Below the pieces are notes generated by a model. It searched no databases. It saw only the letters and a list, made by a program, of their open reading frames with translations, and was not told the origin of the DNA. From Phycisphaerae bacterium (lineage in GTDB: Bacteria; Planctomycetota; Phycisphaerae; UBA1845; Fen-1342), in contig JASFQK010000040.1 in assembly GCA_050115495.1 (NCBI GenBank), positions 1 through 63,617 on the forward strand: a DNA stretch of 63,617 bases, in the 5' to 3' direction. Both the position numbers and the translations under genes were made by a program. Shown here in pieces: positions 40,477 to 50,800 of the stretch (positions are counted from its first letter, which is position 1; each line of letters begins with the position of its first letter).

Positions 40477-42711
40477 ATGCGAGCCAGCTTCCTCAATCAT
40501 TCACTCATGCTTGCCGTGGTTGCCGCCGTGCTGGCAACCGGACTGACCGGCACCGTCGCCCACGGCGACACCATCTGGTACGTCCCCAACTCGGGCGGCC
40601 TGTGGAACGCGTCCGGCAACTGGAATCTCGGCCGTTGCCCGCAAGCCGGCGATGACGTCCAGGTCCTCGTCAGCGGCAACGCGAACAAACTCGTCTACTA
40701 CAACTGGACGGGCGTCAGCAACTTCAACACCGTGACCGTCGACGGCAACGCCAGCGGCTACTACGGCTTCATCCACCACGAAGTCCAGGCCATGACCACC
40801 ACCGACGTGCGACTCGGTGACGTTGGTACCGGCTGGTACTGGATGGAAGGCTCCGCCCACCTCTGGGTGGGCGACCACCTCTACGTCGGTTTCGACGATC
40901 CCGGCGACGGCCAGTTCTACCTGGCCACCAGCGGCACCGGCAGCGGCCTCTACGTCGACGACCTGCTGTACGTCGGCTACCACGGCACCGGCTACTTCGA
41001 TCACGTCAGCGGTCCCGTCGAATGCTCACGCCTCTACGTCGGCCAGAACAACGTCGGCACCTACAAGATGCACGGCGCCTCCGCCACGCTCGACCTCTCC
41101 AGCCACGCCGTCATCGGCAACGCCGAGCAGGGCACCTTCGAGCAAACCGCCGGTACCATCAACTCCAACAGCTCGAACGGCCTCATCATAGGCCTTAACA
41201 CGGGCGGCGAAGGATACTGGCTGGCCAAGGGCGGCGAGCTCAATGTCGACCACATCTCCCTCGCCTGGTACGGCGACGCCTACTTCACGCAGAGCGGCGG
41301 CACGGTCAACACCGTCGGCGCCGTCTACATCGGCTGTGAGGGCACCCATCCCCACCAGACCTGGTACAAGATCAACAACGACGACGGCCCCGCCGTGCTG
41401 AATGTCGGCACGAACCTCCTCGTCGGCGTACAGACACTCGGCAAGTACGAGCAGACCGGCGGCACCGTGACGGTCGACGGCGCCGTCGAAATCTGGAAGG
41501 GCACCACCGAGGCGACCAGCAGCTACGTCTATCTTGGCCTTAACGCCGGCCAGCTCAGCGCCGGCGAGGTCATCAACCACACCGGCTACTACGACCAGGA
41601 CGGCGGCATCCTCACCACGCAGCACTTCACCAACGATTCAACCCAGGGCATCAATCTCGACAACAACGCCGACTGCCGCGCCCGCTATCTCAACAACACT
41701 CAGGGCACCGTCGCCATGTGGCGCAACGCGATCCTGCGCGGCCCCCTGGCCATGCCGCCGAACACCTACTGGATCTGTGACTTCACCAACGACGCCACGT
41801 TCCAGATGGGCAGCGTCGCCGCCAACGGCGGCTCCTTCCGCGGCATCCTCACCAACAACGGCACCTTCAACTACTACCAGGGCGACTTCACCGCCAGCAG
41901 CCTCATCAACAACGGCACCTTCAACCACTACGGCCCCTTCATCTGCGTTCGCATCGAGAACAACGCCAACATCACCGTCACGTCCGATCGCCCCATCACC
42001 ACCACCGGCGGCGGCTACGCCTACGGCCTGCTGAACAATAACAACCTGACCATCACCGCCGGCGGCGTGCTCACCGTCGACAACAAGCCGCTCGTCAACG
42101 ACGGCAACATCTACGGCGGCGGCACCGTCGCCCAGAACACGACCATCGCCGGCGACGTCGAGAACAACGGCTACCTCCTGCCCGCCGTCTCCAGCGACAC
42201 CGGCATGCTCCGCGTCGATGGCGACTTCACCGCCAGCAGCTCCGCCGAGCTGCGTATTCGCATCGGTGGCCTGCACGTCAGCACCGACTACGACCAGCTC
42301 CGCGTCACCGGCAACGCCACGCTCGGCGGCGAGCTCGACGTCCGGCTGATCGACGGCTTCATCCCCGCCCTCGGCAACAGCTTCACCATCGTCACCTACG
42401 GCAGCCACACCGGTCAGTTCAGCCCGGTCTACCTGCCCACGCTGCCGGATGGCCTCGCATGGCATCTGACCTACGGCACGACGAGCGTCGTCCTCACCGT
42501 CGTCGAGTTCAGCTATAACCCCGGTGACCTCAACTGCGACGGCCTCGTCAACAACTTCGACATCAGCCCCTTCATTCTGGCCGTGACCAATCCCGACGGC
42601 TACGCCCACCAATACCCCGATTGCGACATCATGCTCGGCGACATCAACGGCGATGACCTCGTCAACAACTTCGACATCGCCCCCTTCATCAGCCTGCTGA
42701 CCGGCAAGTAA
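40477..42711 (+). CDS. Secreted beta-helix (autotransporter passenger-like) protein with C-terminal dockerin-like domain, paralog 2
   Basis: SD TAAGGAG, signal peptide, WNASGNWN start, QSGGT/QTGGT repeats, C-terminal 60 aa nearly identical to paralog 1. Confidence 0.78.
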   Translation: MRASFLNHSLMLAVVAAVLATGLTGTVAHGDTIWYVPNSGGLWNASGNWNLGRCPQAGDDVQVLVSGNANKLVYYNWTGVSNFNTVTVDGNASGYYGFIHHEVQAMTTTDVRLGDVGTGWYWMEGSAHLWVGDHLYVGFDDPGDGQFYLATSGTGSGLYVDDLLYVGYHGTGYFDHVSGPVECSRLYVGQNNVGTYKMHGASATLDLSSHAVIGNAEQGTFEQTAGTINSNSSNGLIIGLNTGGEGYWLAKGGELNVDHISLAWYGDAYFTQSGGTVNTVGAVYIGCEGTHPHQTWYKINNDDGPAVLNVGTNLLVGVQTLGKYEQTGGTVTVDGAVEIWKGTTEATSSYVYLGLNAGQLSAGEVINHTGYYDQDGGILTTQHFTNDSTQGINLDNNADCRARYLNNTQGTVAMWRNAILRGPLAMPPNTYWICDFTNDATFQMGSVAANGGSFRGILTNNGTFNYYQGDFTASSLINNGTFNHYGPFICVRIENNANITVTSDRPITTTGGGYAYGLLNNNNLTITAGGVLTVDNKPLVNDGNIYGGGTVAQNTTIAGDVENNGYLLPAVSSDTGMLRVDGDFTASSSAELRIRIGGLHVSTDYDQLRVTGNATLGGELDVRLIDGFIPALGNSFTIVTYGSHTGQFSPVYLPTLPDGLAWHLTYGTTSVVLTVVEFSYNPGDLNCDGLVNNFDISPFILAVTNPDGYAHQYPDCDIMLGDINGDDLVNNFDIAPFISLLTGK

Positions 42712-42756
42712 CCGCCCGTCAACCCGGGAGTCCCCTATTGCGGGGACACGGTTCAA

Positions 42757-42794
42757 GAACGCCCTCGCCTGCGGTCTCCGCGGCGAGGGCGTTC
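42757..42794. terminator. Hairpin between convergent genes
   Basis: GAACGCCCTCGCC-N12-GGCGAGGGCGTTC. Confidence 0.6.
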
Positions 42795-42823
42795 GCTCAT
42801 TGTGAAACCGGGGAGCCGCAGCG

Positions 42824-44014
42824 TCAGGACTCCGGCGGGAGGGGAGCGCGAAAGACTACGTTGAATTGGAAGCAGTACACCGGGTAGGCCATCTGCAGGC
42901 GGTACACACGGAACACACCGCCGGGCACCCCGAGGTGGCGGCAGATCCGGCCGATCATCTTCCCGTAGTTCGGTACCTCGGCGACGCTGAACGTGTCCGG
43001 GCCCGAAGGCACGCGCGCGACGGTCTCAGCGACGTTGACGCGATCCAGACCACGCGCGGGGTCATTCGGGTTGGCCGGCCCGTTGGCGGCCGTGTTGTAT
43101 ACGACGAGTTCCGGCCCACTTCCGGGAAAGAGCCCCTCGTGAACCAATGCGTCGCAAACCAGCATCCGCACCGGCACATCGACAAACATCGACATGCCGC
43201 GCAGCGGCGCACCCGGCGCAGCATAGCGGCGAGAACCGGCGTCGTCGTGGCTCACCGCGAGCATGTCCATCATCGCGTGCTTGCCCAGCCGATCCTCAAC
43301 CAGCCGATGACGAAGTTGCCCGGCGATCACGGACGACTCGATCCGGGCCGGCGTATGCGTGTAGAGATCATGAAGCTGAACAGGGCTTAGAGACAGAATC
43401 GGCTCGCCCTGCGGATCCCGATACGGCGGCCCCATGGTGAAGTGCACTTCCGTGTCCGAACGAAGCCGCCGCAGTCCCAGCGCCCCGTGCAGCGTCGTGA
43501 CGGCCACGATGTCCTCATCCGTCGGCGACGGCACGAAAATCATCGTCGTCAGCCAGGTTCGCGCCTCCACGCCCAGGATCCGGCGCATGCCGTTGAATAC
43601 GTCGAACCGGCCGGCCTGGTCGATGCGGGCCCGCAGCGTCCGGGACCGACCGCTCAGCGCGGCGGTGAGGGCGGCACGCGTGCCGTAATGCTCGCGCACC
43701 AACGAAGCAAACGCGTCGATCGCCTGATGCGCCTGGGCGATCACGCCCGCGGCCACGCCGAGTTCGTCCGCGGCGGCCGCAGCGGCCCGAAGCGACTCGG
43801 GCCCCGGGATCGCTTCCAACAACTCGAATGGCGTGGGCCGTTTGAGCGCTCCGAGCAACTTACTGCACGTGACCCGGCTCAAGCCCAACCGCTGGGCGAG
43901 CGCCGTTGGCCGACGAGGCGCCCCCGGGACAGCGTCGAGCAACGCCTGCATGCTGACGGCGAGCCTGCGCCCGACGCCTGGAACGTCTACACCACTTGGA
44001 TCATCAGCCGGCAT
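42824..44014 (-). CDS. Hypothetical protein with N-terminal HTH-like motif (candidate transcription regulator)
   Basis: RRPTALAQRLGLSRVTCSKLLGAL resembles a helix-turn-helix; about 300 aa unrecognised C-terminal domain; divergent from PEP-CTERM gene; start could be 44038. Confidence 0.6.
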   Translation of the reverse strand: MPADDPSGVDVPGVGRRLAVSMQALLDAVPGAPRRPTALAQRLGLSRVTCSKLLGALKRPTPFELLEAIPGPESLRAAAAAADELGVAAGVIAQAHQAIDAFASLVREHYGTRAALTAALSGRSRTLRARIDQAGRFDVFNGMRRILGVEARTWLTTMIFVPSPTDEDIVAVTTLHGALGLRRLRSDTEVHFTMGPPYRDPQGEPILSLSPVQLHDLYTHTPARIESSVIAGQLRHRLVEDRLGKHAMMDMLAVSHDDAGSRRYAAPGAPLRGMSMFVDVPVRMLVCDALVHEGLFPGSGPELVVYNTAANGPANPNDPARGLDRVNVAETVARVPSGPDTFSVAEVPNYGKMIGRICRHLGVPGGVFRVYRLQMAYPVYCFQFNVVFRAPLPPES

Positions 44015-44060
44015 GAATACGGTTGTACGCCATCGCACCGCAAAACGCGACGGGAATCGT

Positions 44061-44172
44061 AATAATATTCACTATAGTCCTATAACATATTAATTATAGT
44101 GACACTGGATGTGTTTTCATAATTGTAAAAAATTACGTTTTCATTGACCCTCATCTCCCCGGTCGCTATATT
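44061..44172 (+). promoter_or_regulatory. AT-rich control region with inverted repeat, direct repeat and sigma70 promoter
   Basis: TCACTATA(44069)-N18-TATAGTGA(44095); GTTTTCAT at 44113 and 44137; TTGACC(44144)-N17-TATATT(44167). Confidence 0.75.
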
Positions 44173-44250
44173 CGGATCCAGAGGAGGAGAAACCGCATGC
44201 CTGCCGCGTGGCCGGACCCGGTCTCCCAGAATTCGTGGATGGAGCACATC

Positions 44251-45357
44251 ATGCGAAACTTCGTTGCAATCGCGGTCGTGCTGATCGGCCTCGCGGCTGT
44301 CGCCCTGGCGGACATGCCGCAGTACGCCATCATCGATCTCGGTGTCGTCAACGCCGGCGACTACGGCGCTCAGGGCTTGGGCATCTCCCCCGGCGGCGTG
44401 TGCTCTGGACGCTCCTTGGGCTCGCCAACGACGGGTTTCACTTGGACAGCGGCCGGCGGCCTGGTCGCCCTCGAAACCTTCGCCGAACGAAGTTACTACG
44501 CGGCCAATGGCGCCAATGACAGCGGTCTGGTTGCGGGAACTGCCACAACGACGCCGTACGGATCCAGCCCGCTGCCGGTGTTGTGGACGAACGGCGTCGT
44601 CTCACAGTTGGCTCTGCCCTCGGGGCAGAGCTACGGTCACGGCGAGGACGTCAACGACGCCCGTCTGGCCGTGGGCAGCATCGGTTCCGGCGTGGGCCAG
44701 CGGGGCATCCTCTGGGACGACGGTTCGCCGGCCATCATCACGACGACGACGGGTGACGGCGAGTACATGGTCTCGGCGTTCGGCGTGAACAACGCTGGGA
44801 TGATCGCCGGCTACGGCTGGGATCCGGACAACGCGGCCCGCAACGTCGGCCTGCTGTATGACGTCGCGAATGACGTCATGATGGAGGTCCCGCCGCTCGC
44901 CGACGACAACGGCACGATTGCCTTCGGCATCAGCGAAAGCGGTTCCGTTGTCGGCTCGAGCTCGTACAACCAAGCCGACTCGCTTCCGTTCATCTGGGAT
45001 GCGGTGAACGGCACGCGGGAGATCCCGCTGCCCACGGGCGCGTCGCAGGGCAAGGCCACGGGCGCGAACACCGCCGGCTGGGTGGTGGGCACCGCCAGCG
45101 GCGTGTACGCTCTGCCGTACCTGTATGATGGCACGCAGACGTATCGGCTCCAGGACCTGATCGATCCGGCGTCGGGCTGGGATCTGTCGACGAACACCTC
45201 TTCGTCGGCCCAGGGCATCAGTGAGGATGGGACGATCGTCGGTACAGGCATCCTGGACGGCGCCCCGCGCGCCTATGCCATGGTGCTCATACCGGAGCCG
45301 GGTTCGCTCGGGTTGCTGCTCGTCGCCGGCCTCAGCCTGCTGCGCGGACGTCGCTAG
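44251..45357 (+). CDS. PEP-CTERM surface protein with HAF-like extracellular repeats
   Basis: Signal peptide, AFGVNNAGMIAG-type repeats, C-terminal IPEPGSLGLLLVAGLSLLRGRR; a second in-frame ATG with strong SD at 44197. Confidence 0.85.
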   Translation: MRNFVAIAVVLIGLAAVALADMPQYAIIDLGVVNAGDYGAQGLGISPGGVCSGRSLGSPTTGFTWTAAGGLVALETFAERSYYAANGANDSGLVAGTATTTPYGSSPLPVLWTNGVVSQLALPSGQSYGHGEDVNDARLAVGSIGSGVGQRGILWDDGSPAIITTTTGDGEYMVSAFGVNNAGMIAGYGWDPDNAARNVGLLYDVANDVMMEVPPLADDNGTIAFGISESGSVVGSSSYNQADSLPFIWDAVNGTREIPLPTGASQGKATGANTAGWVVGTASGVYALPYLYDGTQTYRLQDLIDPASGWDLSTNTSSSAQGISEDGTIVGTGILDGAPRAYAMVLIPEPGSLGLLLVAGLSLLRGRR

Positions 45358-45389
45358 TCCGGACAACAACAACATAGGCATGCACTTCG

Positions 45390-45420
45390 GGGCGCCTCAC
45401 GAGAGGCGCCCTTCTTTTTT
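45390..45420 (+). terminator. Intrinsic terminator
   Basis: GGGCGCCTC-ACGA-GAGGCGCCC then TTCTTTTTT. Confidence 0.85.
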
Positions 45421-45648
45421 GCCCTTTCTTGCGCAGGTCGGCGTGGTGGTTGCCAGCGCCCTGTCAGGGCCCAACTGCTGGTGTGGGGATGCCGGCCTCA
45501 CGTTCATCGCTCGATTCGGCTGGCACCAAACGGGAATATCGGGCCCGCTGCCGGGTTTGGTATAGATGGCGTCCGAGCGAGTGGTCCCGGGGTCGCTCGC
45601 GAGCAGTTCCATTCGTTTACGACCATCAGCACCAATCGGAGATCTGCC

Positions 45649-46869
45649 ATGAACATCCGATCGCGCCCGTTATTGCCTCTCATCGCCCTTTCCGCGTCGT
45701 TGGTCCTCTGCAGCCCCGCAGCCCTGGCCGTCGGCCAGCCGGATATCGTCTGGCAGGTCCCCGGTCACACCAACGCCGTTAACGCCGTCAACTTCTCGGC
45801 CGACGGCTCGCTGCTCATCTCCGGGGCCGACTACGACGACAGCTCCGCCCGCACCTGGCGCGTCGCCGACGGCCAGCCGCTCGACACGTTCCCCGGCCAC
45901 GAATGGGGCGTGCAGTCTGTGGGCTTCTCAGCCGATGGAACCCGCATCGCCGTCGGCTACATCGCCAGCGGTTATGCTCCCGGCGGACTCGCCAACGTCT
46001 ACGACGCTTATACCGACACAGAGCTCGATACGGTCGGCGGCGCCCACGTGGCCTTCTCCGCGGACGGCGAGTTCATCGCCAGCGGCGGTGGCGGCGTGAA
46101 CCGCTACATGTACGTCCACCGCCTGAGCGACGGCCAGCAGTTCGCCAGCGTCTACACCGGCGCGTACCTCCTCGACCTCGCCTATTCGCCCGACGGCCAG
46201 TACGTCGCCACCGGCGGCTCGGACAACAACATCAAGCTGTGGAACCCCATGACCGGCCAGTTGGCGCGCACGCTCGTCGGTCACACCGATGACGTCAGCG
46301 CCGTCGCTTTCTCCCCGGACGGCCAGTTGCTCGCCTCCGGCGCCGGCGGCTGGGATGAACCCAGTGATTCCACCATCAAGATCTGGCGCGTCAGTGACGG
46401 CACCCTGCTGAGAACGCTCACCGGCCACGGCAGCTTCGTGTACGACCTCGACTTCTCACCCGACGGCCGTTACCTCATCTCCAGTGGCCGCACCAACAGC
46501 TCGTCGTACATCCGTCTGTGGCGCGTTGCGGCCGGCGACCAGGTCGACTACTACAACCAGGGACTCAGCGGTGGTGTGCTGTCCGTGAAGTTCTCACCCG
46601 ACGGCTCGCTCTTCGCCTACGGCCGCGGCACCGGCGAGGTCGTCGTGGCCCGCAGCGATCTGCCGCTCGCTGGCGACCTGAACTGCGATGGCGTCGTCGA
46701 CAACTTCGACATCGCCCCGTTCACGCTGGCCATTTCGTCCGGGCCCGACCACGAGGCGTACTACGCGAAGTACCCCTCTTGCGACGTGACCCTGGCGGAC
46801 CTGAACAATGACGGCGCGGTGGACAACTTCGACATCAGCGCCTTCGTCGCCTCGCTCGCCTCGAACTAA
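45649..46869 (+). CDS. Secreted WD40-repeat protein with C-terminal dockerin-like domain
   Basis: Signal peptide, GHTNAVNAVNFSADG, GHTDDVSAVAFSPDG, IKLW/IKIW repeats, GDLNCDGVVDNFDI / ADLNNDGAVDNFDI tail. Confidence 0.85.
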   Translation: MNIRSRPLLPLIALSASLVLCSPAALAVGQPDIVWQVPGHTNAVNAVNFSADGSLLISGADYDDSSARTWRVADGQPLDTFPGHEWGVQSVGFSADGTRIAVGYIASGYAPGGLANVYDAYTDTELDTVGGAHVAFSADGEFIASGGGGVNRYMYVHRLSDGQQFASVYTGAYLLDLAYSPDGQYVATGGSDNNIKLWNPMTGQLARTLVGHTDDVSAVAFSPDGQLLASGAGGWDEPSDSTIKIWRVSDGTLLRTLTGHGSFVYDLDFSPDGRYLISSGRTNSSSYIRLWRVAAGDQVDYYNQGLSGGVLSVKFSPDGSLFAYGRGTGEVVVARSDLPLAGDLNCDGVVDNFDIAPFTLAISSGPDHEAYYAKYPSCDVTLADLNNDGAVDNFDISAFVASLASN

Positions 46870-46985
46870 CCCACCCCTCCCCCGTCGCCGGAGTGCTGCG
46901 CTGGCGCTCCGGCGACCACTGCCCCACCCCGCGGCGCGCCCCAACCGGCGCGCCGCTGTTTTGTCATCCGGCCTCCGCCACGCCC

Positions 46986-47049
46986 GTAGCGTCGGCCCCC
47001 CGTGGCCGACGTTGAACGCTGGGTGCCACTGGTGGCTTGATCACCAGTG
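46986..47049 (+). repeat. REP-like cluster
   Basis: GTAGCGTCGGCCCCCCGTGGCCGACG identical to 22279; GTGCCACTGGTG-GCTTGAT-CACCAGTG hairpin at 47023. Confidence 0.78.
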
Positions 47050-47076
47050 CGGCACCGTCGCAGCTCCCTCGCGCGT

Positions 47077-47712
47077 TCATGTTTGCGATGATTCGCTCGT
47101 GCCGCGCAGCACCGCCCGCACCGGGCTGCCGTCGAAGCCCGCCAGCTTCAGCGGCAGGGCGATCAATTCGTACACCCCCGCCGGCACGTCCCGCAGCACC
47201 AGCCCCTCAAGTATTGAAATGCCCCGCGCCATCAGCGCCCGATGCGCCGGCAGACCGGGCGCATGAAACAGGTCCACGCTCGGCGTATCGATCCCCACCA
47301 GCATCACGCCCGCCGCCGCCAGGTGCTCGGCCAGCTCGGGCGACAGCGCCGCGAAGTCCTCGCGAAACGTCGGCCCGGCCGGATAGGTCCCCGTCGCCAG
47401 CAGCACGCGCGGCGCCGCCAGCTTCCGCGGCAGATGCTCCGGCCCAATCGCCGTCCGCGCCGCAACGGAAACGCGCACGACCTCGCACGGCCCCAGGTAC
47501 GGCGTCAGCGCACACGCCTCGATCGACGCACCACCCGCCACGATATGGCTCGGCGCATCCGCGTGCGATCCGGCGTGCGCCGTCGCCCGCAGCGCCGACG
47601 ACGTCGTCGTCGCTCCGTCGGCCATATCCGCCAGAATCTCCCGCGTCACGGGCGGATCACCCGGCCAGACGGGCAGCTCCGGTCCCAGCACCGGCGAGAT
47701 GTCGTGGATCAT
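47077..47712 (-). CDS. Kynurenine formamidase / cyclase family metal-dependent hydrolase
   Basis: PVWPGDP, HAGSHADAPSH, VGIDTPSVD, ILEGL, LIALPLKLAGFDGSPVRAVL (KynB-like). Confidence 0.88.
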   Translation of the reverse strand: MIHDISPVLGPELPVWPGDPPVTREILADMADGATTTSSALRATAHAGSHADAPSHIVAGGASIEACALTPYLGPCEVVRVSVAARTAIGPEHLPRKLAAPRVLLATGTYPAGPTFREDFAALSPELAEHLAAAGVMLVGIDTPSVDLFHAPGLPAHRALMARGISILEGLVLRDVPAGVYELIALPLKLAGFDGSPVRAVLRGTSESSQT

Positions 47713-47802
47713 GCGACCACCCTCGCGTCCCCGCCGTCCGGACACAGACCACCGCCGCCGCTCTCGCGACGCCGCGCGTGCCCCCGCCGCGTGCCGACCG
47801 GG

Positions 47803-50800
47803 TTACTTCGCCGCACCGGCCTCCGCCGGCGTGCTTACGTCGAGTCCCGGCGGCGCTTCCTGCGTGTGCTTGCACTTGGGGTAGCCGCTGCAACCGAGGA
47901 ACTTCCCTCGCCGTCCCTGGCGCAGCAGCATCGGGCTGCCGCACTCTTCACAGGGGATATCCGTCCGCACCGGTTGCGGACGCTGCGGCGCCGGCATCAT
48001 CTCCTCGGCCTGCTTCTTCGCCTCGCCGCGCAGGTTCGCGTTGCACTTGCACTGCGGGAACGCGCTGCACGAGAAGAACGGCCCGAACCGCCCGCGCTTC
48101 AGCTCCATCGTGCTGCCGCAATCCGGACAACGCAACGTGCCCGGCTCCGGCATCACCTCGACCACCGGCCGGCCCGTCCGCGTCCAGGCGAATCCCGCCG
48201 GCGGCACGCCATACTTGGGATGCGCCTCGCCCGTACCGGCCACGGGTTGAGCGTCTGGCGTCGCAGCCGGCGCGTTACTGTCGGCCGGCGCTGCGGCCGG
48301 CGGCGGGGCCGTGCCCGCTGCCGCGGCTGCGGCTCGCAGTTCTTCCAGCTTCTCGTACGGCCGCGTCTGCCGACACTTCGGAAAGCCCGAGCAGGCGATG
48401 AACTTGCCCCGCCGACCCGAGCGAATCACCATCGGCCGCCCGCAGTTGTCGCAGCGAATGCCCGCCTCTTCCGGCGGCGGGGCGGGTTTCTTCTCCAGCC
48501 GCACGTCGTTTGGCAGAGGCGCTGTGTTCTTGCAGTCCGGATAGCGATTGCAGCCGAGGAATGCCCGCCGCCCCTTGCGCTTCACGATGAGCTGCCCCTC
48601 GCCGCAAACGTCGCACGGCCGCTGGAGCTCGCTCTCGGCCACCAGCTTCAGCGGCTCGCCGCTCTCGTTGCACGGCACCGTGTTGCGGCACTCGGGATAA
48701 CCGCTGCACCCGAGGAAGTAACCGCTGCGCGACTTGCGCAGCACCATCGGGCGGCTGCACAGCTCGCAGATGTGCTCCGTCGTCTCGGGCACCACCGGCT
48801 GGCCGTCGCGGTCGACGTTCATCGTGGTCTTGCAGTTCGGATACTCACTGCACGCCAGGAAGCGCCCACCCTTGCTCCAGCGATACACCATCTGCGCCGA
48901 ACAGGTCGGGCATTTGTACTCGCTCGGCTGGCTGCGCGTGGCCTCCATCTCCTCGCCCGCGCGGCCCAGCAACTCGCGGAACGGATCGTAGAACTCGTGC
49001 AGCACGCGCACCCAGTCGAGATGCGCCTCCTCGATCTTGTCGAGCTCATCCTCCATGAACGACGTGAACTTAACGTCCATGATCTTCGGGAAGTGTCCGA
49101 CGAGCTTGTCCGTCACGACCTCGCCCAGCGGCGTCGTGTAGAACTTGCGGTCGTCCTGCTCGACGTAGCCGCGACCCTGGATCGTGTCCAGAATGTTCGC
49201 GTACGTGCTCGGCCGCCCGATGCCTTCGGCCTCCAGCGCCCGAATCAGCGACGCCTCCGTGTACCGCGGCGGCGGCGACGTGAACTGCTGCTTCGGATCG
49301 AGATCCAGCAACCCCACCGGCTGGCCTTCGCGCATCTCCGGCAGAATCTGGTCCTCGCTCGTCACGCCGGCCACCCGCATGAACCCGTCGAAGACGAGCT
49401 TGCGGCCCGAGCCCGCGAACCGCGCCGGCCCGCGCGACGTCTCGCACGTCACGCTCACCGACGTCGAATCCCACTGCGCCGGGCACATCTGGCACGCCAC
49501 GAACCGCTTCCAGATCAACTCATACAGCTTGTACTGCTCGCTGTTGAGCGCCCCGCGCATGCTCTCCGGCGTTCGCGTCGGATCCGTCGGCCGAATCGCC
49601 TCGTGGGCCTCCTGCGCCCGGGCCTGCCGCTTGCCGTATACGTTCGGTTGCGGCGGCAGGTAGTCAGCGCCGTACGTCCCGCTGATGAAGCTGCGGGCCG
49701 CCGTCACCGCCTCGCCGGCCAGGTTCGTCGAATCGGTACGCATGTACGTGATGAGACCGACCGTGCCTTCGCCGTTGAGGTCAATACCTTCGTAAAGCGC
49801 CTGGGCGATACGCATCGTGCGCGAGGCCGCGAAACGCAGCGTCGTGCTCGCCGCCTGTTGCAGGCTGGCGGTCGTGAACGGTGCCGGCGGCTTCGTCGTC
49901 GTGCGCTTGGTCTTCAGCTCGGAAATGGCCAGGGCCGGCACACGGTCCGGCGCCACGCGCCCGACCAGCTCAACCTGCTCGATACCCCGGTCGCGATACT
50001 CCTCCCACGGATGGCGGGCCGTCTGCTCGACGTGATAGCCCAGCGCCTCGGCCGCTGCCGCCGCCGCGTCGGCGTCCGTCACGCGGAACGCCTCGCCGCC
50101 GATCTCGACCAGTTCCGCCCGGAAGCACCCATGCTCGCCGAGCCAGCGCTGGATATCCTTCTGCGTGGTCTCCTGGCGGAGAATGTCGTGCCACGGCCCG
50201 CGCAGCCCCTCGATCTGTGCCGGGTCCGCCGCCACGTACGCCGTGATTTTCCAGCTCTCCTCGGGAACGAAAGCGCGGATTTCCCGCTCGCGCTCGACGA
50301 TCAGCCGCACGGCCACCGACTGCACCCGCCCCGCCGACAGCCCCTTCGCAATCTTCTTCCACAGCAGCGGGCTGAGCTCATAGCCGACGATGCGGTCGAG
50401 AATACGCCGAGCCTGCTGCGCGTTGACCCGGTCGAGGTCGATCGGATGGGGGTTGCTGAACGCTTCCTGAATCGCCGACCGCGTGATTTCGTTGAAAATG
50501 ACGCGCTTGACCTTGTCCGCCGGCAGATGCAGCGCCTCGACGAGGTGCCAAGCGATGGCCTCGCCCTCGCGGTCACGGTCTGTGGCGAGGTAGATTTCGG
50601 GAGCGGCCTTGGCCAGCTTGGCCAGGTCGCTGACGACCCGGGCCCGGCCCTTCACGACCTCGTAAACCGGTTTGAAACCGTCAGTTACATCAATCCCGAA
50701 GTCCTTGGTCGGCAGGTCCCGCACGTGGCCCATCGAAGCCTTCACCACGTAGTCCTTGCCGAGGTACTTGTTGATCGTCTTCGCCTTCGCCGGCGACTCG

